A stretch of DNA of 54,819 nucleotides, filler included, from Catajapyx aquilonaris (taxonomy: Eukaryota): NCBI GenBank assembly GCA_000934665.2. It is 2 parts of 2 records of this genome, joined end to end, with 100 filler letters (N's around TTAATTAATTAA, not from the genome) between each part and the next. Parts side by side here need not be neighbours in the genome. Positions count along the whole stretch, not along the records: positions 27,468 to 54,819 come from JYFJ02005067.1; 1 more part is not named here. One strand, written 5' to 3'. The notes beneath the pieces are model-generated. The model was not told the origin of the DNA and did no database searches. It worked only from the letters and a program-made list of their open reading frames with translations. How positions within the stretch are numbered: position 1 is the first letter of the stretch; the number at the start of each line of letters is the position of its first letter. Shown piece after piece: positions 36,401 through 50,609 of the stretch. A program made the position numbers and the translations under genes.

Positions 36401-39400
36401 CGGGCCCAATAACTCACTTTTGTTTCAGGCAGACATGCTTCCCTTGACACAGACTCTCCACAGGTGATGTTAAACGGGCTCGGCTGAGTTCAGTTTATCC
36501 GTTGGAAAATGAGAGAAAAAACGGTTTTCCAGCCTACACCTTCTAAGAAACATAACCATACAAGAAAAAATTTCAACATGTGCCACATTTTCCTGTTGCA
36601 GAACATGTTGAGCTAACACGTGAAATTCCCAGGCTCTCCCCAAATGCTAAAAGGCTCTGCCACCGTAACACTATATTTCACACTACTCGAAAGCACCGGA
36701 AAAGAGCTGTAAGGCTTCACGCGTCACAAAATCTTTAAACAAGGTACACACAAAAAATCGCCGCATTTTCCGCCAGAAAGTGGACACGTCCATCTCGAGA
36801 AGCACCAAATGGGGCCAGGAAACAGACCTGCGACGAGTTACATCAGGCATAGTGCCAAGAGCCGTGCTATTACATTGCCCATGCGTCTTTTGGCCTCGTT
36901 TCAAGTCAACGTGTCACTAGTTGTACAAGTAGTTGTGGGTCTTCCCTCTACCACATTTTCTCCCACCCCCTACAACGGTTGACTGGGTCAACTTCAGAGA
37001 CTCATCTGCCTTTCCAACATTGCCTTTATGCTGCCCCATTTGCTCTCCATCCTATCGATCTAGTCACAGACACGCGCCCGGGCTACCCCCAACTTTGCTC
37101 CCCATATCTATCTCTAACTAGTAACTACTATACTTTACACTATTCACTTTCCAGGGAGGTCCATCGTGAATTCAAATTCGGACACCGTAACTTTTTTTTG
37201 CCACACTCAAACTCGGTGCATCGAAAAGTGAGTTCCAATTCCAGGCATGAAATTCGGCGCTAGTTTCTGCAGTACCTCCCACACATGCATAATAGCATCG
37301 TTACTTATTAGCTTGGGTTCCTACATGATATCATTCATCAAGTAAAGGCTCTCATATTTTAATATTACATTACAATGCCTATTTCCTAGAATGACTTCCT
37401 TAAAAGTAGATAAAACCGGCAACGAGGTATGATAAACACAACGAAACCTCATTATGCACCTGCAAATCTCCGTACAGTACAATGCACGTCAAGACCCGAG
37501 CGTCTTCCTCAATCTGAAATCGGCAATCACATTTTGCCTCGGGTCGATTTGTTAAGAATGTTGGTGGGTGATGAAGAAAGCTTTCAGAGTGATCCGTCGC
37601 CTTTTTTTTTAGGGAAGCCAATACACGCGGTCTTTTGAACAGAAAAGCCTGGGTTTACTCCACCCCCATTCAAATCAGACATTAGAAACTTAATACCTGT
37701 TCGGTTGGGTGAAAACTGGCACTAGTTTGACGAAGGAAATTGCTCGTTGGCTCTTGCGGAGGTGGCTCTTGCCACGCTCTGATGACGATGAATGTTCCTT
37801 TTAGTTTTCCTAGCGAACCCTCCTGAATGGCCAACTGCCCTTCCTTCTCTTCCTTCTCCTAATCCTTTTTTACCCTTTTTCCAGTTTCCTCAAACCCACT
37901 GACCCACTAAATGGAAGGGAACAAATGCTCGAGGAAGGAGAACAAATCACTGATGTAGATATCGTCAGCCTGAAAATCGCTGGCAAGAGAGGATTGAAGC
38001 CTTTACGACGCTCGGGCTATTCCATTCGATCTCCTTCTAAGACATTGGGCGCGATATTTAGAGCCAATGTGAAGTCTGAAGAACAACGTCCATTATACGG
38101 AGCCTGCTAGAACCTATGGAATTTTTTGCCTCGTCCAGGCTACTAATGCACTTCAAAATGTTATTGAATCGGAAAGCATGGATTATTAACAAAAAAAAAA
38201 GTTGTATGAGCCTAAACTTTCCTGGACGAATACAACAATATTTTCGAATCTAAACTACTCTGAGAAGCAGTGAAGAGTAAACAAGGTATGTCCTAAAAGT
38301 GTCAGATAAATAGTGTAATGAGCAAATACGGAGCGACCCACTTTGAGAGGTCTTAGAAGCAGTCTGAGAGGCTTCATGCTCGACGTGAGGGCACTTTGAA
38401 AACATGAGGACCTGATGGAAGCAGCTTCTTTGCAGGATCTGCTCCGACCCAAATGCACAAGCCCATTTTCACGTCCCCAATCGATGACTTCCTAAAATCC
38501 ACTCACCTGTTACTACATCACAATATTCATATTCAATGGATCAACAGTATACTAGCCAGACATTCCCATCAGTTCCTTTTTACTCCAACTATCTGCCCCC
38601 TATCCTAACGTAATTTACTGGAAAACATTCCAGTTGGTTCTGACGATACTTTCCATTGTAATGTCTCATTTACTTCTATCTTCAAATTGCATCGAAATTC
38701 CCAGGCATTTCGCCTAAAGTCATCGGTACATTCCAATAAGCGGAGACACCACGCATTAGAACTTCCATTACGCTAAAATGCTCATACATTCCAACAAAGC
38801 ACCCGAACCTATCCGAAGCGACACTCGCGTTTCGCAGGCCTCTTTGCCGTGGGTTTAAGAGAGTCGCTGAATTTAACAAGCCAATCAGATTTAATCTGTC
38901 GTTACCGTGAGATTTTACGACCTCCCATAATAGACTCCGCTCCGTAACTTCTTAATTAATGAGCCACCCCATTCATTGGCGTCCTTTTTCCGCCTTTTCT
39001 TCAGCATTTTTTCTTTCGATTGGAAAATGAGTTAAGCCAAAAGAAAGCTAAGAGAATAGAGTCTGGCAATTGGAAGAATTGGCGAATTGGACGTTTCTCA
39101 AGGTTCACGTTCTACCGGATGATGTGTTGGGAGGAGGAAGTGGCCAGCAGTTTGTTAGCCTCTGCTGCTACTGCATTCTCTGCTGCCTTTTTTCCCTTTT
39201 TCCCCACTGGGAACCTATAAACTCGGGCCTGTAATTGGATCCAGAAGGCGCGAATGGAAGCCAGGAGGAGCCAAATCAATTGAGGTTCACATCAAAAGAC
39301 GGCCTCTCCTAACCCCTCGAAAAGGGTCGACGAGGGACACCACTCTTCCCTGGTAACTCGTTAACTTCAACTACACTGACAGTACTACTTGTAGCACTAC

Positions 39401-42400
39401 AGTACTGAGATTCAGTCTGTCTTGTTGCCTCCAGATAGGGTTGAGTTATATAACGTAATTTTTCTACGTAATTGCCACGTAGTATAAGTCCTATTCTCAT
39501 GGAGTACTTAACTAGTGAGCTAAGCCTTGAAGTCATCTGACATCAATTTTGCAGAGGAAGATTTAATCACCGGTGTTACCCCCTCTCCTCGTAACGATGT
39601 CGCTTCAGACTTAATTACATAATCTCCATACTCCCTGCTTTCAATACCAGTGTTCCACGTCCGTTAAACATGACCCGCAACCATTCATTTGCCCCATTAC
39701 AGTTACATAACTGTAATAAGAACAGCCCTTGACCTCCCTTCATATACACCTATCATCATTGTGGTGTTTTACAGGCAATTTGGGTATTGCGCGGACATTT
39801 GTTTTCCACAGGTGGCCTCCGCTGATTATGCAATGTTTCATTAGTACGGGGGGGCGCAATTCAGTACTATAAAACATTTATATAGCTTTTACCGGCAAAA
39901 TTAGAACGCACCGTTGACACTGTCCGGAACGTAAACTGGGCACCAGATGGCGTCTCCGAAATTACAAACTTGCGCTAACAAATCGCTTCCCAGCATTCAA
40001 TTTGAGTCTTCCTTTCTGTTGGTCCAGAGAATATTTGAATAAGGAAGCAAGCGCTCAAACCTTTATCTACGAAGTTGAAGCAGTCAAGTCAGCGAATCAA
40101 GCTAATCTCCACAGGCCTATAGATAGACCCTTATGATAGAGTTCCTTTCCCTGAACAAACTCAGCTCCAACACTTTCGACAGCGTCGAAACTTTCCGGTA
40201 GTGAAAAAAAAAGAAAAAGATAAGGAATATGAACTTGTGGAAAGAAGACATCATGAACATCGACTGCTTCTCCGAGTTTGCCTTCCACAAGTCGCGATAA
40301 AAATCTTTAAAGGAGACTTGTTGTTCACTTAAGAAAGGGGCGGACTATTTCATGGCAGGAAAATATGTGCACAATAGAGCGCAAAGCAGGCTAAAAGCCC
40401 TGACCGGATTTCATGACATGGTTTCAATTCACCACAAGTGAATCTTCAAGAGGATGAATTATTCCACATATTCATCCTACGTACAGACATAGAGAAACAT
40501 TTTAGGGTAACAAAAATAAATGGCAAGCTTTTATACGCCACACTTCTGATTGGCCCGTCGTTTGCGCGACGCTTCCTATTGGCCCCGTTCTGCGCTGCAC
40601 AATGGGGAGAGGCAGCGCCTCTGGTGGATGGGACGTAGAACTAGCATCAAATTAATTCCAGTTAAGCTACAAATCCTTGTCCTACTTGCACGTATCGGAT
40701 AAAAAACTACTACATAAACATCGTGTAATTGAAAATAGACTGCACGTGCTCTAAATGCAAAACGGTTTCCCCGCCATGATAACTTGCTGTAGTTACTACT
40801 GAACACGGTTTTAAATGCAACGCTTCAATTACTCCTGTGCAATGTAGCCAATGTGTTTTCAGCTGGCACAAAAAGCATCAGGGAGAGCTGGCGTCGGACT
40901 CCCACAATCTGCCTTCTAGGTAAAAGGTAGCAGGTCCAGACCGAGTTATAAGGGCTCAGGGAGCAATATCGATGAAGTACGAGGTGTGGCCTGCAAGGTA
41001 GGTGTGGATCTCCGGAAATTACACCTCTAGGAATTTACGGAATGGATCTGAGGCATGTTAGCCCCGATGTCCTCTTATTTCGGGTGCGTTTTATCTCCCG
41101 TCTCGCAGCGCAGGTGTAAAAGAATGGTGGCCACAAAAAGGATATAATACGGTGTCGCTTACTTCAAAATATTATGAGACTTATCCAACCTTTGCTAACT
41201 TACATAGCTGTAACTGGCATGTTCGGTGAATAACCTCGACATTCTAGACAAGAAGACAGGAGTGATTTCTCTCGGGATTAGCCAACATTTCATCCCTAAC
41301 CTCACCCACGGAATGGCTTCCGGAAAGTTTCCAAAAAAGTTATCAAACTCCGTTGTTGTAAATTATATGTGCGGGATATGACACGCTTGTCGGTTTTTGC
41401 CCGGACAACAAGATGGTTTCAGCGTCTTGGTCGGACGCCCTTCTTCAGATTACTTAGTAATTTTTTGTGCAACACTTTTCTGCATAATGCAAATGGTACG
41501 TCCATACAGTGTACAACTCAGGGATTTTTATATACAATATTTCACATGCTGACACACTATAATTGCTCAAGTCGCATTACGCATTCCTGCAGCGGTGGTT
41601 ATAGGATTCGCATTTAGATCGATGATAGATAAGAAGCGCGTTAAGGTGAAGGGCAGTTCGGTCACGTTTGTGGAATTAAGGTCGCCCGAATGGGGTGATG
41701 GCGTTAAGAGAGACGGTAAGTAGCGAAAAAGAGGATAAGATAAAACAAAGGGCCGGAGGAAAGAAGAATGCCCAGAAAGCATGATGCAGTGCAGTGATGC
41801 AAGCGACGGATACGTGACGCGCATCAAATTCTCACTCTTGCCCTAACTTACAACTCTGATGGGGAATTCCTGGCATATGCTAAGGACCTGCGAGACTTTC
41901 CAGAATAGCAGAACGCCATGGGAAAAAAGGAGAGAATTTTCCAACAGCATACCGAATTCACTAAGGTGTCATTCCGAAGGGTAGGACGTGGACTCCTCTC
42001 ATCTCTAGGGAATGTCGGCTATATGGGTCATCTTAAATCACATCGCATTCAACGGTCTACTAATTACCTTCATCCATTTATGAGTCCAGCTCTTATCCAA
42101 TATGGAAGTTATGGCCCTGGAAAACGGACCGTAAAAGCGCAGTAAAAGGGAATAGAATCGTACTGGCGTGGCCTAATTCATGGCGCATAATTTCCCTCGA
42201 TGGTGTATATTGGCGGATGCAGTAGTGTGTGGTGCTGAAAGCGAGTAGTCAACACAAACACGTACAATATGAGAATACCTTAAATTCAGTCCACACTTGT
42301 GCAAAAATAAACACCATGAGGAATACATTGCAACTAATAATTGATACAATAATTTTAGGCAATATGTGGATTTAAAAGGTCTGCAGTAACTAGGCGCCCA

Positions 42401-45400
42401 GTTTCACTCGTAAAATGTGACCCTCGCTAATGGTACACCAAGCAGCACTATGTAGGCCTAACCACACGTAGAAAACAACCATACATTTTCCTAATTAACA
42501 TTTTCATCACACTAATGCACAAATCGAGCTGAATCATGCATAAAAAGTGCATGTAAGGGCACAGCTTCACTGATCAGCAATATTGTTTTCTACAAAAAGT
42601 ACACACATTATTGACGTCAATTGCGACTCACCTGGTTATTTTTCCTTCATAGTAACTGTCCATTCTTGCAATATGCACACCACACAACCTTAAACGAGCG
42701 CAATAAACCCCTTCTACCCTGCTCACCACCTAAAATGTCCATTGTCCCCCGCCCTAAAGTAACAAAAGCCCGCCCATCAGTTAAGATAACCGGAAATTAA
42801 ATTGCACGTGTATCTAGGTTACTCACACAATAAGCAGGAGGATCATTTGTGGCCAACCACGTTTTTTTCCCCTCTCACACTTGCTGGCAGCCTCCCAACC
42901 CAACAACCCAGAATTCTTCTCAGCACCCAAAGAAGATCCCTCCCAAGTGGAAAGAATTCATCTACATTTTTTTAAAAGGCAAGGAAGAATATACGTCCCG
43001 ATTTTATTAGGCGCGTCACACCTGCCGTCAATTGCTTTTGAACCCATTTCATTCTATAGATGACTCGCTTTTTAAGTTCTAGCTCTCAGCACTTTTTGCC
43101 ACATTCTTCTACCTTCTAGGCTGGTGGTCACTTCATTGAACCTGCCATTCACAGAAGTTTTTGGTCCGAGTTATTGCGGCGGATCTGTCATGGTCCAGGT
43201 AGGGTAAAGAAGTGGTACGGAAAAAGGATATTGATTCTTTCAACTCCTGTCTATAGTTAGGATTTTCATTCGGGTGTAACTTCTAGAGATTGTGTCGGCA
43301 CAGAATGACATTCGGCTCGATACTTGTCAACTTTCCTGCCATATTTCATCTCGTCATATTCAGCGGAAAACCAACACAATATGTCTTCGTCTCGAATAAA
43401 GTTCGTAATACAGCATCTGAATCTGTGGTCTATAACCTACTCCTTGCTTTGCTCTGCTGAAAATAAGGTTTCTGACAGGAGTTCAAACTTTTGTAAACTT
43501 TGAAAAATATAAGCTTATTAATGGCACTAATTAATTAAATAATGCACAAGATCAGCAATTTCACACTAAACCATTTCCAAATGCTCTCACAGTCAGCTCA
43601 CAGTCATAGTGTACGTACTGTACATAAACGCCAGGGAAATAACCCAAGTGGATTGTAAAGTCTAATTACCAATCATTGCATGTGTATCATGTGGCCACAA
43701 GTAACAGCTTGAAAATAAAATGTGTTCAATGACCTCTGAGCTTTCATTAAAGGAGGGAATGCTCTCGTTATTATGCTCGAAACAATTTCCTCTGAACATT
43801 TCAGTGAGAATGCCCTCTTGCATGGGTAATGAAGCAACGCCTTCTGAGAATGTTAGCGGTCATGTGAAAGATTCCAGCAGCAATTAAGTTCATAACGCAT
43901 CATATCAGAATACACATTGCTCCGGGAATGGCTAGAAGCTCGGTTAACTTCGGCTCATTAGTATTGGAGATAATGAAACAGATCGGATATCGATATGCAC
44001 TATCTTGCAGATATATTAGTTGCTTAAGTTTAAGACTATTAATGGCTTATTAAGACTCAGCTGCTACTAACTTGTAAGAGCTGTATTGGCCAATATTGAA
44101 GGTGACTTTACAGTTACTAATGCCGAGAATATCAGTACAGGGAGTTCAAAAATGTGGGCCAGTACTCAACTGTAAAGCCTTTAATTACAACGGGCTCAAA
44201 TTGACATAATATTGCTTTTTCTAGCTGTTTCTGTGACAGGCGGATAAGCCCACACACTGTAGCATGGAATTAGTAAATGCTTATAATGGTATTTCAGAAC
44301 AAATGAGACTCTCTGTCATACAGTTCTCATATGCCAGACACGGTATAAGTGACAAGAAAATTTAATTTCTCTGCTTGTAAATATTCATGATTAATACTTT
44401 CGTACAAGTGACCCATAATAATTACAATTTAAACTTTCTAATATCCACAGTATATACGCGGGAGACTAATGATATCAGGAAATTTCTTACAGCAATCTTA
44501 TCTCGTTCACAAAGCCAGTTTTTTTTGCAAGACCATGACGATGAAAAGTGTGGCATCGGACTCGAGGCAATTTCTCACCACTTCTGGCAGAAAAAAACAG
44601 CTACAAAAGGAAGTGCCATTTAGGGTAGAGGTTTCCACAATTCCGTCCTGAAGGAGGAAATAAGATCCAAAAAACATTGGGGCGCTATCCAGGAAGCAGC
44701 TGGATATCTTTCCTTGTTTTTGCCTGGAAGGAACTTTGGTCCTAATCCCCGTCCTCATTTCCAAGTGTGCGCGATTTTACGCGAAACTTCCCGAAAAGAC
44801 GAGAATCACCCCCTTATTGTTAGGAGCGGTACAAACATAGTAGACTGTGCTATGTATAAATCAGTAGAATGTGCTATGTAAATGTAGTAATGAATTGCAC
44901 TTCCCATTCCCCAAACCACTTCATTTGGGAACCGATAAGTTCATTTAAATGCAAATTAATGCAACCAAAACTATGTAATCATTCATTAAGCAGCCTATTG
45001 GAATAATATTGTCTGTGTTTTGCAATATTTAGAAAGCATTGGATGTATGAGCGGCAAGCACTGTTGCAACGTTCAAATTGCATGTGCAAAGCAGGTTCCC
45101 TTGGATGGAGGCCGACATCCAACTTATGTGTTTTCACGTTTCCACAAAATGAAGTCAATAGGGTCCATTACCCCATTAGCCCCGGTCTAACCCCTAACCA
45201 CCTATCCGGGCAGCGCAGGAATGAATGTCCGTGGCCACCCCAGCCTCCTACGTGTGACATGGAGCCTCCGGGATTATTCTGACCCAACTATTACTCGGGG
45301 CCATTGGAGGGAGGTCCTGCCCAGAAAGGCCGGTATACCTACGCTCCCGGATTCCCCATCACAGGGGCTTGTTACCTTTTGTTTATTTCCTCGTCCCTTT

Positions 45401-46105
45401 CAAGGCTCGGCCTACTTTCTCCCTGCGTTTCCGGCTTCCCGGAAAATCCGGAAAAGCCACCTTCTGAGTAGAAGAGACATTCATTTCCAATGCAACGCCC
45501 CTTTCCATTCTTCAATGAAATTACGGCCACTCTATATTTTGGCGAAAAAGATGTTTTGCAGTTTTCTTTTCAACAGCCAGCTCTATATGTAGGCACTAAT
45601 TGTATGCAAAACTGAATTAAGTAGAAAATTATGGGGGGCACCTTCCGCGACCAAAAATATTAGTCATTAGGATGAATTTATTAGGTCAATTATTTTGTTT
45701 AGGAATAAAGTACCTCCCAAGCCTGCCTGGGGTAATATGGAGCAGAGGAATTTGGTCATTTTCCCGGAAGATGCTTCCCGGAATAGTATATAGCAATGAA
45801 TCTAAATTCTACTGAGGAATCATTAAATATTACCAGATATTGTTGTTACCGTGCTAACACACTTGCATTCTACTTGATATGTTATCAGTTGGTAATTCCA
45901 TGGCAAATTTCACGTAAGTGATGTTTAAAACTACTCATTATCATAATTTTAACATTATTGATTAATACTACATACTACACATTGAATATGCCCGTCGCAA
46001 TCCTGAATAATGAAGCAGCAGTGTGAGAAAATGTTATTAATACGTATAGGCCTTACTCATTGTGCTGGCAAATGAAACCAGTAATTATGAGAATATGGTT
46101 ATAGG

Positions 46106-46266
46106 CCAAGGGGGTTACCACTTCGGTACTCCGGTGTACACCTGCGAGTGGTACTCCCAGTCCCAGGTACTGCTTAGGTATAGTACCTCACTCTTTATTA
46201 CTCCTTGGTACTCCTTGAATTTGGTACTCCAGTGTACACTTTTCAGTCGAGTGATTACCCCCTTGG
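46106..46266. mobile_element. Small MITE-like element upstream of MED27
   Basis: CCAAGGGGGTTACCACT ... AGTGATTACCCCCTTGG inverted ends with internal GGTACTCC repeats; no clear TSD. Confidence 0.5.
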
Positions 46267-46619
46267 GTTAGGTGTTAGGCTAATGATGACAAATAATTCC
46301 ACTATATACACAGCATGTTATAACCCAGCATTTCCAACATTCCTGATTCACTCCATCACAAATCCCTGTTCATAATGCACTCGTGCTGAGTGCAACACTT
46401 GAACATCCTGCTGTAATTCCAACCATTTTTTGTGTGACAATTACGGCTATTTCCTATACACATCAAGGATCAAGCAGTCATTGACACGGGCAGTCTTGAA
46501 CGTGGCGCACGGCAAGTAGCAACATGATGACATGGCGAGTGTGGCGCCATCCCGCGTCCCTCCCTGGAAGTTGGCAGAGTCCAGGCGTGAACAAGTGAGC
46601 ATCGGAGGAGGCGGCAAAG

Positions 46620-48251
46620 ATGGCGGACGCTAGCCTGATGGACGTCCTCCAGGCCTCCATCAACTCAGTCAAGACACTCAGGACGAGCGTGGGGCAGGTG
46701 TTCGAGACCTTGGCCACTGGAGTGAAGAGGGAGGCCGCGGCCGCAGGGCTAGGAGGAGCGGAGGGAGGAGGAGGACTCGTCAGCGCGGGGAAGGAAAAGA
46801 AGTTCAGGAAGGAGCTGCAGGAGCTGCTGGGTGCTGTCAACACCAACCTCAGGTAATGTTACCCCCGAGGGGTGCGTTCTCAGGGGTGCTCTCAACGCAA
46901 TCTGCTTCTACCTTACAGGGACGTGGAGCAGTCGGTCAATGGCCTGGCAGTGCCTCCTGGGCCCTTCACCTTGGGCAACACCACTTTTCTCAGCCAGGAG
47001 ACCTCGCACGATCGGACTCCACTCTATGGACAGCTGGTTGATTCCTACCGCTGGACAGACAAGGTTCGTTTTCATAGGTGCCAGTCGTGCAAGGTTATGA
47101 ACATTTTGTGTTCAGTACGTTCCTAAATGCAACGTTATCTTGAACAGGTGCATGAGTTTTCTGGATTGGCCCTGCCCCTTCTCAGCCAAAATGCCCTGAA
47201 GCGATCTTCTACCAATGCCAGCTTGTCTGCCAAGCGGAGGAGAACTCAAACCAACAGCCACAATGTTCCACCTCAGTAAGGCACATGTTATTTGTATTAT
47301 ATGCCAATTTTATTAAGAACCAAAATTGGGCACCTGAGGTGTGTGAATTCTACAGTAATTTGGGGCATTTGCTGTAATTCACCTGTTTAAAGATTTGATA
47401 ACTTCTGCTACAAACATGAAACATCTCATTTTTCAGGGCTGTGGACAATGTGATCAGCACCATTGACAAGCTGTTCCCAGATATGACCATCAGCGTGTCA
47501 CGACCTCTTGGCAACAATGCGATTCTACAGGTTTACTTCACACATTATTTTAAGCTTGACCTTGAATCACGCCATAACTTTTATTACAGATAACTCTGGG
47601 GAAGTTCCTGAAAGCTATCGTGATCTTCAAAGGCCTGATGATTGAGTGGGTAATGATCAAAGGTTACAACGAGGACTTCACCAATGAAGACGGCGGAGTT
47701 GACCTCTGGTCCGAATCCTGCTTCAAAGTGTTCCAAAAGCTGACGGAAAATGCTAATGCTGCCATGCTGCATTTTTACTCCCCATTATATCCAGAGCTGG
47801 CAGTCAAGTCTTTCATGGTAGTACCTGATCTGTTTGAACTTTCAGTACAGTGATGCACATTCACTAACTTTGGGCTATGACTTGCTTTGTGGCTAGAGGA
47901 AGTTGCCAAGTTGCTTCTAATTATTACAATTTTTGGCTTAGAGTTGAAAGTTCATCAAATGTCTCCTGACCATGGCAGGCATGGGATAAGAATTTTCAAA
48001 AAAGGGAGTCAGCGCATGGGGCGAAAAATATCAAAGGAGGGATTCCTCCAGCATTCTTTGAGACTACATCATTGAGTCAGGATGAAAGTGTGAATGTTCT
48101 TTCTATTACTTTTCAGACATGGCTTCACAGCTTCAACACACTCTTCACCGACACGTGTAAGAAGTGTGGGAATCATTTGCACAACAACATGCCACCAACT
48201 TGGAGAGACTTTAGGACCTTGGATCCATATCATGAGGATTGCAAGCCTTGA
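46620..48251 (+). CDS. MED27: Mediator of RNA polymerase II transcription subunit 27, 6 exons, 320 aa
   Basis: Exons 46620-46852, 46919-47063, 47148-47275, 47437-47530, 47590-47817 and 48117-48251 are all GT-AG and phase-consistent (963 nt). Motifs LRTSVGQVF, LYGQLVDSYRWTDKVHE, LSQNALKRS, IEWVMIKGYNE, AAMLHF and the C-terminal CKKCG...PPTWRDFRTLDPYHEDC. AATAAA at 48619. Confidence 0.96.
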
Positions 48252-48744
48252 TTTGAAGTGGGGTGTGATCTGACAGCGATACTTCAAAGTGTAATGTAAG
48301 AACTGCTCAATTTACATGGATAATTTCTGTCGGGCACTGTGAACTGAAGATAGTGTGATGCAGCTGTGCTGGAGATAGGTGACATACCTAAGCAAAAAGG
48401 GAGCAACCCACATTATAGTAATTCCTTCCCTTTTCCTTCCATACAATGTGGTAAAACTTGTATGAAATTGTGTACCTGTATTACAAAGATATTTATATGA
48501 CATTTGAAAGTCAGGCTTTTCAATGGCATTGTCAGTTGGAACAAGATTCCCATCTCTATTTTGTGCTTGTACTTTTGCATCAATCAATCAATCTCATCAA
48601 GGTCATAAAATTTAACACAATAAAATTTAATGTCATTTTCGATGTAGCTAGTGATATGGCCAAATGATTTGTCACAAGAATAATCAGTTGTTTGGTATGG
48701 CATGCAAGTAAGATGCTTGACCACAGTGGGCTGGGGGCGCTTCC

Positions 48745-48920
48745 TGGTTATAACAGACTCAAAAGGCCAGTCCCAGCCCACTTCCATAAGGCCCTGTGTA
48801 TTTTTACTCCAGATATAACACTCATTTTCTACCTCACCTTGGCAATAACAGACTATTTCTTGGCCCCTTGGTGTGAAAATATGCTGCCTTTGATCACTCG
48901 GCATCACCTTCCCACACATA
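48745..48920 (+). mobile_element. Tigger/pogo-like element fragment (same family as 8850)
   Basis: TTATAACAGACTCAAAAGGC...GGCCCTGTGTATTT...AAAATATGCTGC is colinear with 8898-9062. Confidence 0.65.
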
Positions 48921-49255
48921 GTAAGGCGCTGTATACTGTAGAATGGGTGATATTCCCATCTATCACTTATCTAAGCTTCTTGTCACACATTTTACATTTC
49001 AAGGTTGAGGCATACATATGCTGAGTTCAGTGTATACAGAAGTCTTAATGAGGGAGGAATGGGATTATCCCATCAAAATAGCCTATGTGCAGTGATGAGA
49101 AGAACGTGAGCTGTCACAACCAGCCAATCTGTTCACACAGGTGTTATTGAGATGCAATTTTTCTCATTCCTCGAGTTTTTCACAATGTGCAGGACATTCA
49201 TAGGCAATAATCTCATCTCACAGGCTAACTAGAAAATTGTCTACCAGTACCACCT

Positions 49256-49406
49256 TGGTATCATCAGTCCAAAAAGAATTGTCCCAGTCATCCTGATGTG
49301 TGTGCTGCACGCTCGACACACACCATGTAACTTACATGGTGTGTGTCGAGCGGCCAGCCCACACGTCAGGATGACTGGGAAAGTTCTTTTTGAACTGTTG
49401 ATACCA
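49256..49406. repeat. 151-nt palindrome/foldback with 75-bp arms
   Basis: Symmetry centre at 49331; perfect core CGCTCGACACACACCATGTAA-C-TTACATGGTGTGTGTCGAGCG, with few mismatches and no indels in the outer arms. Confidence 0.9.
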
Positions 49407-50609
49407 CTGATAAATGCTTCAATGTTCCCCACTTGCACTGGGTTGATCTGGCTGAGGCTCAAGTGTCACATTTTGCCTCCCTTGCAACCGTTTTATACAG
49501 TAGTGCAACACATGCCCCACAAGGCTCTACAAGTTATTGATGACACTGTTGTGCTGTACATCCTCTGGGAATTTCAATTTTTTGTCTCCAATTTTGAAAA
49601 TATCATGAATAGATCAGGTGGTCATGAAAGCTCACGTTCTTTTTTATTGTGCGCATGTATGGCATGGTGCATGACGTATCTGTGATTCCGTACCCTGCGA
49701 CCCATCTGCAATCCCACCTTTGCTTTGCATTGGCTGGGAAATATGCATTTGCCCACCTCGACATACCAATACCTTTTGAATTTTAAAAAACCCCAATTAT
49801 TGTATGAACAGATATTCACAACCTCTACCTCTTCTACTTGCATGCACTCTCACATGTGTCTAAATTATATGCACACTTTCTGACCACAATTTTCTAACTG
49901 CTCATAACTCCCCTTTATTATAAACGTCCATGGAACTCTGCAGTGTTTGTATTAGGTGATCAAAACACTGGTTTCATTCTTCCCGACACTTACTTTTGAC
50001 GTTCTCGACCTATCCCCAGGTTCAGTGTCCATGGAGTTGGCACCACTGATAAACAACATCCCGACCGACCTAGCCTATGTCCGGTTTGTTTACGACGTTC
50101 CATCCGATCATTCCTCCTTCCTTCCCCTCTCCCCTCCCCCTCCCCTGTTGTGAGGTCACCGTGAAGATGTGGGTGGAGGAAGGTGGAAGGGTGGAAGGGT
50201 CTTCACGGGAGATGTGTCCTCGTTGACGCCCAGCAAGCGACTGTGGCGTTCTTCCACCCATTGCGCATGCTCGGAACAGGGCCAATTGGAGGCGCCATGG
50301 TAACAATACGTCCACTTAACAATGAAAGCGGGCCAATGGGGAGGTGGCGGCAACAATACAGGGGCGGACCAATCAGAGGGCTCGGCTGTGCAACGCAAGC
50401 ATTTTAATATTATAGAAAAGCAATTTCACAACAATAGCAAACCATTCTTTATTCACAATCACAATGATAATACACTTTCTTGCTACATACCTGCTCGAGA
50501 AGAAATGCATATCAAACAAAATAATATTTGATAAAGGCCTATACAAAGATTTAGAGTGATGAATTTTAACCTTCACAGAAGTGTTCATTGTCAATAGCAT
50601 GATAGTACT

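Noticed and set aside
42626..42640. Minus-strand donor CCAG|GTGAGT (also at about 38505) as GPCR 5' UTR exons
   Set aside because: Plausible, but isolated splice motifs occur by chance and cannot be supported without transcript data.
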